DNA of 64,000 bases, from positions 30,752,001-30,816,000 of the forward strand of contig OZ116707.1 in the NCBI GenBank assembly GCA_964199315.1. Direction: 5' to 3'. Source of the DNA: Orbicella franksi (taxonomy: Eukaryota). The position numbers and the translations under genes were made by a program. Of the stretch, positions 25,701 through 37,500 are shown piece by piece; position 1 is the stretch's first letter, and each line of letters begins with the position of its first letter. A model generated the notes under the pieces. That model had not been told where the DNA came from and made no database searches. It saw only the letters and a list, made by a program, of their open reading frames with translations.

Positions 25701-28700
25701 NNNNNNNNNNNNNNNNNNNNNNNNNNNNNNNNNNNNNNNNNNNNNNNNNNNNNNNNNNNNNNNNNNNNNNNNNNNNNNNNNNNNNNNNNNNNNNNNNNNN
25801 NNNNNNNNNNNNNNNNNNNNNNNNACCAACCTGGATATATTGCATAGGAGACTGGAGCCTCCACCGAGTCTTGGTCTTCAGCGAGCACTTTAACGATTTC
25901 ACGGCCCTTAGTTGTCAGAAGAAAAAAGGCGTTTCACAAAAACGAAATTATCATGAGAGTACCTGCATATCTAGAAAATACCAAGCGTTATCTGGGATTG
26001 CAGCTAACAAGGGGAAACTTTTCCACATATTTGTTACGTCGAGTGCCCGGGCAAGAATAAAGATATCGTGGCACATCAATGAAGTTATTTAATGTCTGTG
26101 TGAAAGACATGATCAGTACAGAGTTGGTTCTTGTGATATGTGTGAGTTGACAAAACCAAAAAGAAATTTAGGTTTTAGAATAACTAGACACTCTCCTTCC
26201 TTTTTTGGAATAACAGGTTACTCCGGTCCTGTTTGTTTTGAGTTCTTTTTACGCCATCTCCAGAAATAAAGCACGTGGGTGAGACAGAATTGTATTCGAG
26301 TACAAACCTATGTAGCTCATCAAGTCTTACAGTTGTGTTTAGTTAAATGATTTAAGTAAACAGCAATCCTTCTTACTTGTGGCGTATCGACTTCAATCAA
26401 CGCTTCATATAAATACTGAGAGAACTTTGGTGGAAGATCGTCAGCATCTAACAGTCCTATGGTCACCACTGTCCAGTTTTGGTTGCCCGTGGGTGCACCA
26501 TGTTCATCCTGCAGAAGATTAGGTCAAAGTATCAAGAGAAGAATTTTGTAAGGAATGACAAACCTCAAGATGATGGATGAGGTTAACTTTCCAGTATTCA
26601 GTCGTCAAATACAAATCTCTTATTGAATTAGATATTTATGAAAAGCACGGCACAACTTAAAAGAAGTCCGAACTGTGCTTAAGAATGCGAGTACGTCATT
26701 TTCAAGTCTGTCTGTATTGTAATCCATTGTAAACCAAAATAATTACAGGTATTCATCCTCACTTCTAAACGGCTTTCTGTTACTCGTCGAATATTGTTTT
26801 ACAGCGCACGGCTTTTTTATTTATACCTCAGGGGTGAGTGGAAGATAACAGTCAAGCAAAGACAGAAAGCTAGGTTAGACTATGCACCTAACGCAAGATA
26901 TGTTCTTACCGTTGCCGTTATATTAAGATAATAATACGAACTTGATCCCTCGAAATCAAGTGGCTTTTTCAAAGTTATCTTCCCACTTAGACCAGCAATT
27001 TCAAAAACTCCTTCCTGAAAATGAAATAAGTAAATAAACGCATTACCTACTGGTTCCATTCGCTGCCTTGCATAAAGAAACCGATATTTTAACGGTAGTC
27101 CACGATGGCATCCTCTCAATTTTTGTGTATTTCTTTAGCAGGTGGTATAGTTACTTTACCAACAGTAAAGAAGTTTGTAAACGGTTAACCTTGGAATCTT
27201 ACAAGTCTGATTAAAATTTAATTGCCTTTATGTTAATCTTCGGCGACTATCCGTCGGATGAAACCGTTTCAACGATGAAAGGAGATGATAGGCAGTTACA
27301 AAAAGAACGCTGTATTCAAAGGTGAGTTGAGCAACTGAACCAGTTTTCCTGTCCCCGTTAGTTTCACACTGAATGCAGTGGGATTAATTCCAAAAAGAAT
27401 GAACTTGAAAGTATGAAGAGGGTGCTTTAGTAGTAAAATTTAGTTTTACTAAGAAGCAGCCTATGAAATCGCTGGGAGAAATTGAAGAAATTATATGACA
27501 TGTCAGAATGCAACGTTAGAGATCATTGGACTAGAATAATTAAATCACGAGATACTGAAACACACAGTGTATTATCTTTCGCCCACTTACTTTGTCTCCT
27601 CCTGCGATTTTGAAGTACACTGTATTGTAATGATGATCTGAGCTGTCTTTATCAGAAGCTGATACCTGGAACACCACCTCGCCAACTTCTGTGTTCTGAT
27701 TTTAATAAAAGTTACAACACAAATGTAAAACAATAGTGGTGGCATGCAAGCCTGTCGTGCTAGTCTTGGGTAATACCTGCTGTGAGCAGTCTGTGAAGTG
27801 TGTCACGATTATAAGCTCTCTTGCTCGTATTGCCTGATAATCATTTACCAGCTCAATATAGAGTAGTGAAGTCCGTGAACAGAAACTCAGGTCCTATTTA
27901 TATGGTCTCGGTTACCCGACACAACCCTCCCCCGAGGCAACTTTATCGAGCGTTTATATATATGTGAAAACGTAGTCCCTGTAGGTTGATCCCGCATGAT
28001 TATTCATAACCCTTATTGATACGAATTTCTGCTTCAAATCCTAAACCTAGGCATTGCGTGATACTTGCCACACCGAGAGTTTTCCCGTTAGGCGAGCCAA
28101 ATTAAGTGTTTATATGAAGAAAAGTTGCCCCGCTTGCCAGAGTTACCCTACCTGCCGAGCCGAGACAACTCACCCACTCGAGTTGTCTCGCCCACGAGAC
28201 GGTTTCGCGATCCTCGTGTAAACGGTTTGCTGAATTTTGCAAAGAAATAAGCTAAAAGTTACCTTGGGCAGGTTAACTCGGGGGGAGGGTTGTCTCGGGT
28301 ACCGGAGGCCTCAAAGTGTCGCATTTGAGGATGAACATGTCAGAGGTGCTGGAGGAAGACAATTAGTTCCTGTACTGGTTAGCCAACAGCTCCTAAGTTA
28401 TTAATTGAAACTTCTCGACTCTGCTGGGATTGCTTTACATTTTTTGGACAACTCAGCAAATGTTTTCACTGACTGAAGTGTTTCCCTAGTTAACACTGTA
28501 AGTAATTGAAAGGTTGGTTTTTATTTCGTTTTTACCTCAGAAATGTTGACTTGATATGGCAAGTTTTCAAACTGTGGATAGTTATCATTCAAGTCCAGCA
28601 CAGTGCAAAAGATAATTTTTGTACCCTGTCGAAGAGAGCAAAGGAGAAATATTTAGAACAGTTGAAGCCTATGATGGCATTTTCTTCAGATGGTGGCATA

Positions 28701-29566
28701 GTTCTTCTAAATGTGCTCTCGAAACAGCTCAACAAATTGCAGCATTCACTTTACTGTGCAAGGAGAATTCCGGCAACTAATCCGGCATAGTCAACGGAAC
28801 ATGATTTTTAGCCCGTGCTCAGATCCTGAAAACGATGAAATAAATGGCCGGATAAACCAGGAAATGAAACGAGAATGTACGTCCCTTGCCCTAAAAAAGT
28901 ACATTAAAATTAATTTCAGAAATGCCTCTAACCTTATTAGATTCGTCGCTTTTAGAAGCAACCACGTCAAACCGAATCGACGACGACGTTCCCTGAAAAA
29001 ATATATATATAATTTAGGGTTTAAACAAGACGAGAAAACACCGTGTTTTAGTCAGTGCTTCTGCGATCAACTAAAGGATCAATTAACTGACCGTGCGCAG
29101 ATGGACGGAATTTACTCTGAATGCTTGTTTGTTAAAATCACCAACGTTTTGGGTGAACCGAACAAGCCCTGAAACGGTTTTAACAATTTCAACGCTTGTT
29201 CGGATTGAAAAGCTCTATGATGATAGTGTTTGATTACCTCTCTGTCCAAAGTTCTTGCAACAGTAATAACGCCAGTCGTGCTGTTTATTTCAAACCATCC
29301 TTTGTCATTTGTAAGGGAATAAGTGATTTGAGCCCCAGTATTTGTCACGGCCACAGCTTGCACACTTGCAATGAACGTTCCTGAGGAAGAACGATGTGGA
29401 AACTTATCAATCACAGGCATGATAGCTCTTAATACGCGCTATGAGTTGGGAAAACGGTTGACATGCGATGTTCGGAAGGGTTCAGAGCAATCAGTGGTTC
29501 AGTGAACATCAGTTGGGAAATAACAGTGCCTTTTCTCTATATATTTAGATTTCTCTGCCTTAACAT

Positions 29567-29615
<49 letters not shown>

Positions 29616-32600
29616 CATTGTTTATTATATATATATATATAATAAACAATGGTAGCAAGACTTCAATTCATCGTTTATTGCGACAACGCTGTTTCGTATG
29701 GTCAAAGGATGACCACACTCATCAGGCAATATCAACGAATGACCGTTAAATTTCACAAACTGGCAATTAAAAGCTAACTTTAGGTTGCTATGAGATATAA
29801 AAACAGTTGCTATGATATGGAAAAACAGATGCTATATAACATTGAAAAATCTCGTGTTGCTAAAAGATTGCGTTACTTGCTCACAAAGTTCTTGAGTAGG
29901 TATCTGTTTCTGTGGGGGCACGCACTTGCTAGTTCGTTTCGCTTGTTCAAAGTACACAAACTCTTCTTACAGATGATCACGAATTTTTCAAAAAGACATA
30001 AATTACATTTGTTAGTAATGTTGCTATAAGGTCTGCACTGCTTAATGATTCTCCACTTGATGGTAAAAGGTTTGTTGTTGTCTTTGAGTGTCCAAATATG
30101 TTTAGATAGCTCAGTTTCGTTTCTCTTGTTTTGGTGTCGAAAGGATGCTGTGTGATTCCTGTAGCGCTCTTTAAAATTTGTGGCGAGGCCCACGTATGAT
30201 TCTGATGACGTTTGTGTTGTGATTGTGGCTTGGTAAACTACATTTTGTGTGAGGCATTTTCCGTCCAGCGGGCATTGATCCTTTTTTCTGCAGTTGCATT
30301 CTTTGGCGTTTGTTTGTGTTTGCGACTGGTGGTAATCTGATAGTAGTGCTTTGTTGTGTGACGAGATGATACTCTTCATGTTAGGCATGCAGGAGTAGCT
30401 GAGCTTCAGTGTGTGCTTGTTGAAGATCTTGTGTAGGGGGTGTCCGTTAGGGAAGCATCTGTCAATGATGTTTAGGAACTTCCTTCCCAGGTTAGTTTTC
30501 ACGTTAGCATTCCATGGGGGGTTGTACCATACGATTTTTCTTTGGCGATTTCTGTTGCGCTTTGGCTGTGGTTTATACGTGAGCTTGTGATTGTAGCCGC
30601 TCTCGTCAAGCGCTTTCTGGTACGGCGGAATCGCTTCGTCGAAAACTTTCTGGCTAGATGAGATGCTGGTCAGTCGTTTGTTGATGTTTTCTGGAATGTT
30701 CTTCAGTAGTGCGGGTGGGTGATTACTTTGTCGGTGAACGTAGAGGATTTTGTTGTTGGGTTTCATGAAGGGTTTGTAAGATCCACTTGTAAGGTCTAGG
30801 GTTACGTCTAGGAAGTTTATAGTTTTTTTGTTTGCTTTGATGGTGATTTTGAGGCCATTTGACTTGAAAATTTCACTGACTTCTTGTTTCGTTTTCGTTT
30901 TCGTTTTAGAAGAAATTTTCAAGTCAAATGGCCTCAAAATCACCATCAAAGCAAACAAAAAAACTATAAACTTCCTAGACGTAACCCTAGACCTTACAAG
31001 TGGATCTTACAAACCCTTCATGAAACCCAACAACAAAATCCTCTACGTTCACCGACAAAGTAATCACCCACCCGCACTACTGAAGAACATTCCAGAAAAC
31101 ATCAACAAACGACTGACCAGCATCTCATCTAGCCAGAAAGTTTTCGACGAAGCGATTCCGCCGTACCAGAAAGCGCTTGACGAGAGCGGCTACAATCACA
31201 AGCTCACGTATAAACCACAGCCAAAGCGCAACAGAAATCGCCAAAGAAAAATCGTATGGTACAACCCCCCATGGAATGCTAACGTGAAAACTAACCTGGG
31301 AAGGAAGTTCCTAAACATCATTGACAGATGCTTCCCTAACGGACACCCCCTACACAAGATCTTCAACAAGCACACACTGAAGCTCAGCTACTCCTGCATG
31401 CCTAACATGAAGAGTATCATCTCGTCACACAACAAAGCACTACTATCAGATTACCACCAGTCGCAAACACAAACAAACGCCAAAGAATGCAACTGCAGAA
31501 AAAAGGATCAATGCCCGCTGGACGGAAAATGCCTCACACAAAATGTAGTTTACCAAGCCACAATCACAACACAAACGTCATCAGAATCATACGTGGGCCT
31601 CGCCACAAATTTTAAAGAGCGCTACAGGAATCACACAGCATCCTTTCGACACCAAAACAAGAGAAACGAAACTGAGCTATCTAAACATATTTGGACACTC
31701 AAAGACAACAACAAACCTTTTACCATCAAGTGGAGAATCATTAAGCAGTGCAGACCTTATAGCAACATTACTAACAAATGTAATTTATGTCTTTTTGAAA
31801 AATTCGTGATCATCTGTAAGAAGAGTTTGTGTACTTTGAACAAGCGAAACGAACTAGCAAGTGCGTGCCCCCACAGAAACAGATACCTACTCAAGAACTT
31901 TGTGAGCAAGTAACGCAATCTTTTAGCAACACGAGATTTTTCAATGTTATATAGCATCTGTTTTTCCATATCATAGCAACTGTTTTTATATCTCATAGCA
32001 ACCTAAAGTTAGCTTTTAATTGCCAGTTTGTGAAATTTAACGGTCATTCGTTGATATTGCCTGATGAGTGTGGTCATCCTTTGACCATACGAAACAGCGT
32101 TGTCGCAATAAACGATGAATTGAAGTCTTGCTACCATTGTTTATTATCTACACTGCTCCTCTCAGAGTCGAGCGCTCTATAAATTTATTCTGTTCAAGTT
32201 CAAGAAGTATATATATAGTTAGTTATATATATATATATCAGTATATAACAATGAAGATGACGACGAAAACGTTGTGTCAATCGTCTGTCATTTAACTATG
32301 CAAAGTTTAGAGGCACTCGTTGACAATCATGGCCCTCTAATTTGGATGTGAGTTATTTAACTGACTTTCTTTTAGCGATCCGGCAAATTAACAAAACAAC
32401 GAAAATGGCCACAGTTTGCGGTTGTTAAGTGAGAGATCCATAAAGAGAAAAATCGCCGGTTTGCTGACTTTTTGGTAGAAGCGGTCCTAAAATCACAACT
32501 CAGTCGACGAAAGAAGAACACGTTTCCAAGACTCAAGGGCAAATTTTGAAAACGGGTGCCTAAATTTTTCTATTTGTGATCAAAATTTCGCGCTTGTGCT

Positions 32601-34517
32601 TCCGTAACTCATGATAGCAACCCTTTGGTAGCTTGCGAGGACTAGAATTAGTAATTTTTAACACTGAATCTTTTAGGTTTCTTCAGTTTGATGTAAATAT
32701 CATTGTATTTTCGCCATGTTGACGATAGAGACCCTCTGCTCAAGGTTACTGTGCTTTATACCAAAAGTCCTTTTGATGTTTTTTCAGTTTCCTTACCAGG
32801 AGGACTAGACTCATTCACTCTTGGCTCCAGCGGTAAATTTGGGCTTGGAAAGTAAACACCTGCCAAAAAAAAAGAACAAATTCTACAGACGCGGCGCACA
32901 CTCCATAATTAGATATTTAGTTGACTCCCGCTAGCCTTTATATTAAAGGAAATAAAGAAAGATTCAAAATTATCTCGGGAGATAATAGGGAATAATTCGG
33001 TATGTGTTTCAATCAGGTTTATTTCAGAGAAACACGAAAACTGGGGCGATACTTTGCTAATATAGAGACAGATCTGAAAGGAATAAAACAAATCAAAAGA
33101 AGACAGCAGAATTAGAATAGCTATATAGTTTGGTGGGTTACTGCAGTACATAGTTGTAAAGAGGTACTTTGTTGTAGAAACAGTTAATTACAAGACAGTA
33201 ATTTTGGGGAACTTTGTCTGATTAACTTTTGACTAATGTGGCTCGAATTATGATCGTATTTTACCCCGTACATAATTTAAAAATTAATTAACTAATAATA
33301 GTATTAATAGTTCTCTTAGAAACCGAATCACAGTATCCAACCTGAACTGAACTTTATGTAATTTGAACTAATGTAAAAATTATACACTCTCGGCCAGGGT
33401 GATCACAGACGGTTTCAGGTAATTTTTGGTCTTACTGTGGCTTGTAGTCTAACACTGTATTTAGAATAACTTGGAGGAAAGAAGAGTGGGTGTAATCATC
33501 AACCAATTGACACGTTTTAAAATAACATTACTTGCAGTCAGAACATCCAAGCGACTTGTTAATTTTTTTTTTTTTTTTTTCACATAAACAGATAGTGAAC
33601 TTTCAAATTAGTTTAACAAAAGTTTCCCCCCTTGTCTTAACACAGAACCGAACTGATCTTTCCAACCAGGTCCTGGTTAACTGATCTACAGGCAAGACTT
33701 GAGAAGCTACAGCCAGGATAAATTTTAAATAATAACTGCTGACACTCCGTTCAAGCATTGGACTGTAAAGTTGAATTATTAGCACAAAAATGCATGGTTG
33801 TTCTCGAAATCAATCCCTTCAGTCTCCTACGAAACAAAAATCTCAAAATGTTGGAGGACATTGGAAAACTATACACTTTTTCCATCCACCACCGACCACT
33901 CCGTGAAAATATAATATGTAAGTGGAAAATATGAACTTACAAGGAAATACTGGAATTTTCTAACCCGCAGGAAGTCAATTACCTCGAGGGATGCAAATAA
34001 TAAAACAAAACATGTCGAAGTGAAGGCTAAAAGACAATTTAAGGATTAAGATCTCGTAATTCAATCAATGAACAGAATACAATGTCAATTAAAGCCTGTG
34101 AAGGCACTACCAAAGTTTGGCATATCTGATGTCTTCTGCAGTGGTTTATGTTTGATGATCTTTCTGAAGTGTATACAAACTATATAAACCTAACATATGC
34201 TGATTAATTACCGCAATCCATAGAAGGGATATAGCATATAGAGCAGTCGCGGTTTGTACTGTTACGAGATAACATCAGTAAGAGTACAATCCATAAAGGT
34301 AACTTTGGCTCAATGTTTTTGTGTTCTCTACTCGGAATGCAAAGAAAGGAATTCGCGATACGCACTTACTCAGTGTTGTATTCAGTACTTGGAGACCAGA
34401 GCACATACATGGGCACACATACCCAGAATACATAAGGAATTTATTTGATTTACTTAACTTACCTTCGATCACGCCAGGCTTGAAAGCCGCCAATAAAAAC
34501 ATTAACTGAATTAGCAT
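15100..34517 (-). CDS. CDH23/CDHR2-like cadherin: signal peptide, 7 EC repeats, membrane-adjacent domain, TM, cytoplasmic tail; ~1075 aa
   Basis: 25 GT-AG exons joining in frame (5'->3'): 34517-34463, 32859-32797, 29380-29238, 28992-28933, 28625-28536, 27695-27591, 27014-26910, 26508-26377, 25906-25831, 24443-24346, 24025-23900, 23804-23610, 22950-22773, 22297-22086, 21788-21606, 21051-20958, 20561-20515, 20266-20069, 19464-19376, 19154-19086, 18729-18667, 18317-18117, 17504-17430, 16882-16807, 15594-15100 (3228 nt). LDRE/LDFE/LDYE and DxNDNxP motifs; MAD-like VFVLRDKDSILIK...FLRMLETISG...TVVTFHVVK...DNKELL; TM LSAVVGAMICLGVIIGVGAIIMIIILI; ends EDTTEL*. Confidence 0.92.
16641..16714. repeat. 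(AAT)n microsatellite
   Basis: Seen directly. Confidence 0.95.
19728..20031. mobile_element. PIF/Harbinger-type (Tourist-like) MITE
   Basis: Termini GGGTCTGTTT / ATACAGGCCC flanked by TAA on both sides; internal GGGTAACCC palindromic motifs. Confidence 0.7.
23271..23488. mobile_element. MITE with ~20-bp TIRs
   Basis: GCCCGTTTCTCGAAAGCCCC ... GGGGCCTTCGAGAAACGGGC. Confidence 0.75.
24602..24829. mobile_element. MITE with 20-bp TIRs
   Basis: TAGAGAGTTTAAGCATGACG ... CGTCATGCTTAATCTCTCTA (19/20 match). Confidence 0.8.
25007..25409. mobile_element. tRNA-derived SINE-like element, partially tandem-duplicated with an inverted copy
   Basis: Minus strand has A box TAGCTCAGTGG and B box GGTTTGATTCC; ~46-bp segment repeated directly (~25010 and ~25271); inverted partial copy ~25326-25405; ACATATGGAGG direct repeats at 24996-25006 and 25410-25420. 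Confidence 0.75.
25676..25824. other. Assembly gap (149 N)
   Basis: Run of N in cadherin intron 9. Confidence 1.
27890..28310. mobile_element. Harbinger-like MITE
   Basis: Subterminal inverted repeats TTACCCGACACAACCCTCCCCCGAG / CTCGGGGGGAGGGTTGTCTCGGGTAC; TCA on both flanks. Confidence 0.6.
29570..29611. repeat. (TA)n microsatellite at the left edge of the Penelope-like insertion
   Basis: Seen directly; TA-rich tract also at 32207-32246. Confidence 0.95.
29639..30900 (-). mobile_element. 5'-truncated Penelope-like retroelement (end of RT, thumb, GIY-YIG endonuclease, 3' UTR); left arm of palindrome
   Basis: Open frame KQEVSEIFKSNG...INFLDVTL...YVHRQSNHP...CNCRKKDQCPLDGKC...VVYQA...YVGLAT...KW...CNLCLFEK, stop at 29873. 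Confidence 0.93.
29676..29731 (-). ncRNA. Type I hammerhead ribozyme (left arm)
   Basis: Exact reverse complement of 32055-32110. Confidence 0.85.
30912..32206 (+). mobile_element. 5'-truncated Penelope-like retroelement; right arm of palindrome, extending ~60 bp further 3'
   Basis: Mirror of the left arm (position x maps to 61786-x); same translation to the stop at 31913; followed by a TA-rich tract. Confidence 0.93.
32055..32110 (+). ncRNA. Type I hammerhead ribozyme (right arm)
   Basis: TATTGC-CTGATGA-GTGTGGTCA(TCCTT)TGACCATAC-GAAACAGCGTTGTC-GCAATA: stem I, CUGAUGA core, 9-bp stem II, GAAA, short stem III, GUC cleavage triplet. Confidence 0.88.
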
Positions 34518-37500
34518 GGCTTGTGGAGTTTAGTTTGGTAGAGTTCAATCGTGCTTCCTTGGATCGTCGCCGGTAAAAGTTCAATCGTCTTCCTGAGCCG
34601 CTGCGAGAAACGTGTGCATGTACGAAGCCAGATTTTACATGACCTCTATTGCTTCGAAGAACGCTAACAATGCAGACTACAGCTTCGTCTCAGAACGGGT
34701 CTGTTGTCTTAATCAACACGCGATCGCCTCGATTCCATCATCCCAAGCACTCATGTATCGCTAACAAGCAGTGAAATTTATTCGATTTTAATTTCAATTT
34801 TTGTTTTCCCACACCAAAAAGATTATGCAAATCTTGGCAGTTCTGCATGAGCGAGAGCTTGATTACATTGCATTTGCATAAAATGTAGCATCAATAGATC
34901 TCTAGGGTAACCTGATCATGAGTGGGTGGATCTGGGATTTCATTGGCTCGTTTAGAGCCGCTGACGTGACCTGTGTTCATTAGGTCAGATGTGAACCTCG
35001 TCCAAAGCAAGTTTCTTTTCGAGAATATTAACGGAAATATAATTTCTTTGTCCTTAATTGTTTTCTCATTTCTCTTATTTCATTACTTTCACTTCTTTGA
35101 GTAACCGAGTCATGCATTGGAAATGAGTTTTGATGCAATTAGAAGGTCGGCGTTCAGAGCTTCTTCAGAAAGAGGTTTTCACGCGATCGTGCAATCAGTC
35201 TTACCTTATTTTGTCGGTCACTTATGGAAAGAGATCTTCACAACCCTAGGCCAGGCTGTGTCAGGAGTAGGTATCTAAATCTAGTAGACAAGCACTTGTC
35301 CTCTTCAACTGGAGTGAATTTAATCATCGATTATTCAAGATTGGTTATACAACAGACAGCCGCATTTTGTCAGCTGTATAAAATTGCTCAGTGTGTGGAC
35401 ACCAGAGTCTCCGATGACAAATAATAACTAGTTCAATAACTCAGCACCTTTTTAAGTTATTGGTTATAATCTCCAGTGTTTCATGTATGTCTGGCATTCT
35501 ATTAATGTTTCAGAGAGGAATTATAAGAAATTTTAACTTCTTAATCGAGTTAGAGGACAGTGGATTTGTTGGCGAATTTTTAAGAACATTGCTACACAGT
35601 TCTTTTTATATTTTCTATAAACAGGTTTCTTCCACCGACACTAATAAAAAGAACCAACCCGTGAGCACCAAAGTTGGCAGAGAAATTGCCTGAAGACGCT
35701 GTTTACAAGGCTTGAAAGTTAAACAAAATTAGAAGAACCTAACGGTTTCGACTACTTAAGTCATCTTCACAAATACTTTTCGGTTTCCATTGAGCTAAAC
35801 ATGCACCAACACGTTTAAACAAGACACAATGGTCGGTATTTGCTTTTTGTCTAACCTCTGTCAAGTCAAGCGTAAATGTCGTGGGAAGATGAAGGTTGGG
35901 TCGAAATAGAGCCAGCGGTTGTCGTTAGCGCTTTTGCTTTATATAACGTTACATGAAGTATTCTCGCGGTCAAAAACTCAGTAGCCAAAACCGCATGTTG
36001 CAATACAATTATTTGTACCGGCCTGCCCAGCAGCAGAGTCCAGATCTAGGGAAGCATCTAAAGACTACAGGATATTAGAATTTTAAAAACGGCTAAAGGA
36101 ACTGAAATATTGTGCTTGTAAACAAGCCAAAATTCCCTTCAAAAACAGCGAGGCGATAGAAAGATTGAACATGGTGGGCGTTTGCTTAGTTGACAGGGAG
36201 CTGATTGTATGACATGATATTGTAAATTTGGCGCCATAGAATATCAAGGTGTGCTTTTTTTTTAAGCCAATCTTTGCTGGTAATGTACAGTGGTTGTGTA
36301 CATTGCTAAATATAGTTAAGTATCACCAAAACAAGGAAAGTGCAGCAATCAAACATGGCGCATAAGGTACTCAAAAGCGCACGAAAAATTGAAACCCTCT
36401 GTCTAATGTGATAATATAGTCTTTCTAACAATCTTTGAGTCACTGATAGTGGTCAAACTAACTGTCTTGAGTAATAGCAATCAGCAGCATACAAGCTGAG
36501 CTGGTATAAGGAATGTTTTGCCATTTTTCTGGGCACAATTGGTGGGTTAATGCTCACAATCTTACTTATGAAATGCTTTGGAAATAAAAACCGACTTAAA
36601 TTATCTGTAATCTCAAACTTAACTATCTGATGCTCAAATCATTCAAATTAAATAGGACATCCTGAGACGCGTGGTGCTGTAATTACTATCGAGACTATGG
36701 AGGTAAATCAAAAGCGTTTAATCGAATCAGCGTGATGCGGGAAAACCAAACCATCTCTGACGGGCGGAACATTTTCACTTCATAATCTATTCGCAACCAG
36801 TCATACATGATTCTTTCATAGACAATACTTGTCTTTTTATTCCTTATGTGATCGAATAAATGAACTCATCGCCATTGATCCTCTTGCAGAGGTTTTAGCT
36901 CATCTGTAAGCATATTGCACCAAAACATCATAAGTTTGCATCACAGTAATGAATACTTGAATTTTCTTTCATGATTTTTTGGCGCAATTGCTTTAATTAT
37001 AAACACAATTGCGCTCAACATTTCTTTACCTTGTTTTTCAGGAAAATTATTATCAACGTTTTCTATTCCTGCCAAACAGCCAGACGGCTTTAATACTGTT
37101 GTTTATTGTTGATTGCTGCCATGAAATTATGGTTGATGATTGTTGTCATGGAGTTTCATCCCTTTAACGATAAAATACATGCCTTGCGCTATGATATGAT
37201 ATTTTTAGTCTTTTTTGTTAAAGAAAGATGATTCGTACCGCCCATCGAATGGACGGGAAGCAAACCCAAATACAACCAGTCAAAATACAACTCATTTAAG
37301 TACACGTTGCAGAACTATATCTGTTTTAGGAAACTTTTCACGCCAACTCTTTGGCCCCGAGCGTCAACGGAACACATTAACGCCAAACCAGTGTTTGATA
37401 AGAGATTCATGATTTTGTGAGGACTATCTATAGCAATTTTTATCTGAAAATCCCTGCAATCTGATTGACCCTTTAGAAAAGTGTTTTCAGGATTGAAATC

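Noticed and set aside
25676-25824. Gap hiding a cadherin exon
   Set aside because: Exons 25906-25831 and 24443-24346 join in frame (AIYP-E-SDPDKLF) and complete EC3.
28750-28825. Good-looking minus-strand acceptor as an extra cadherin exon
   Set aside because: Stops in all three frames shortly after; not needed for the EC1 fold.
30828-30911. N-terminal MFALMVILRPFDL... of the two 361-aa ORFs as a real protein start
   Set aside because: It is read-through of the opposite arm and spacer; both copies are 5'-truncated and lack most of the RT, so neither is autonomous.
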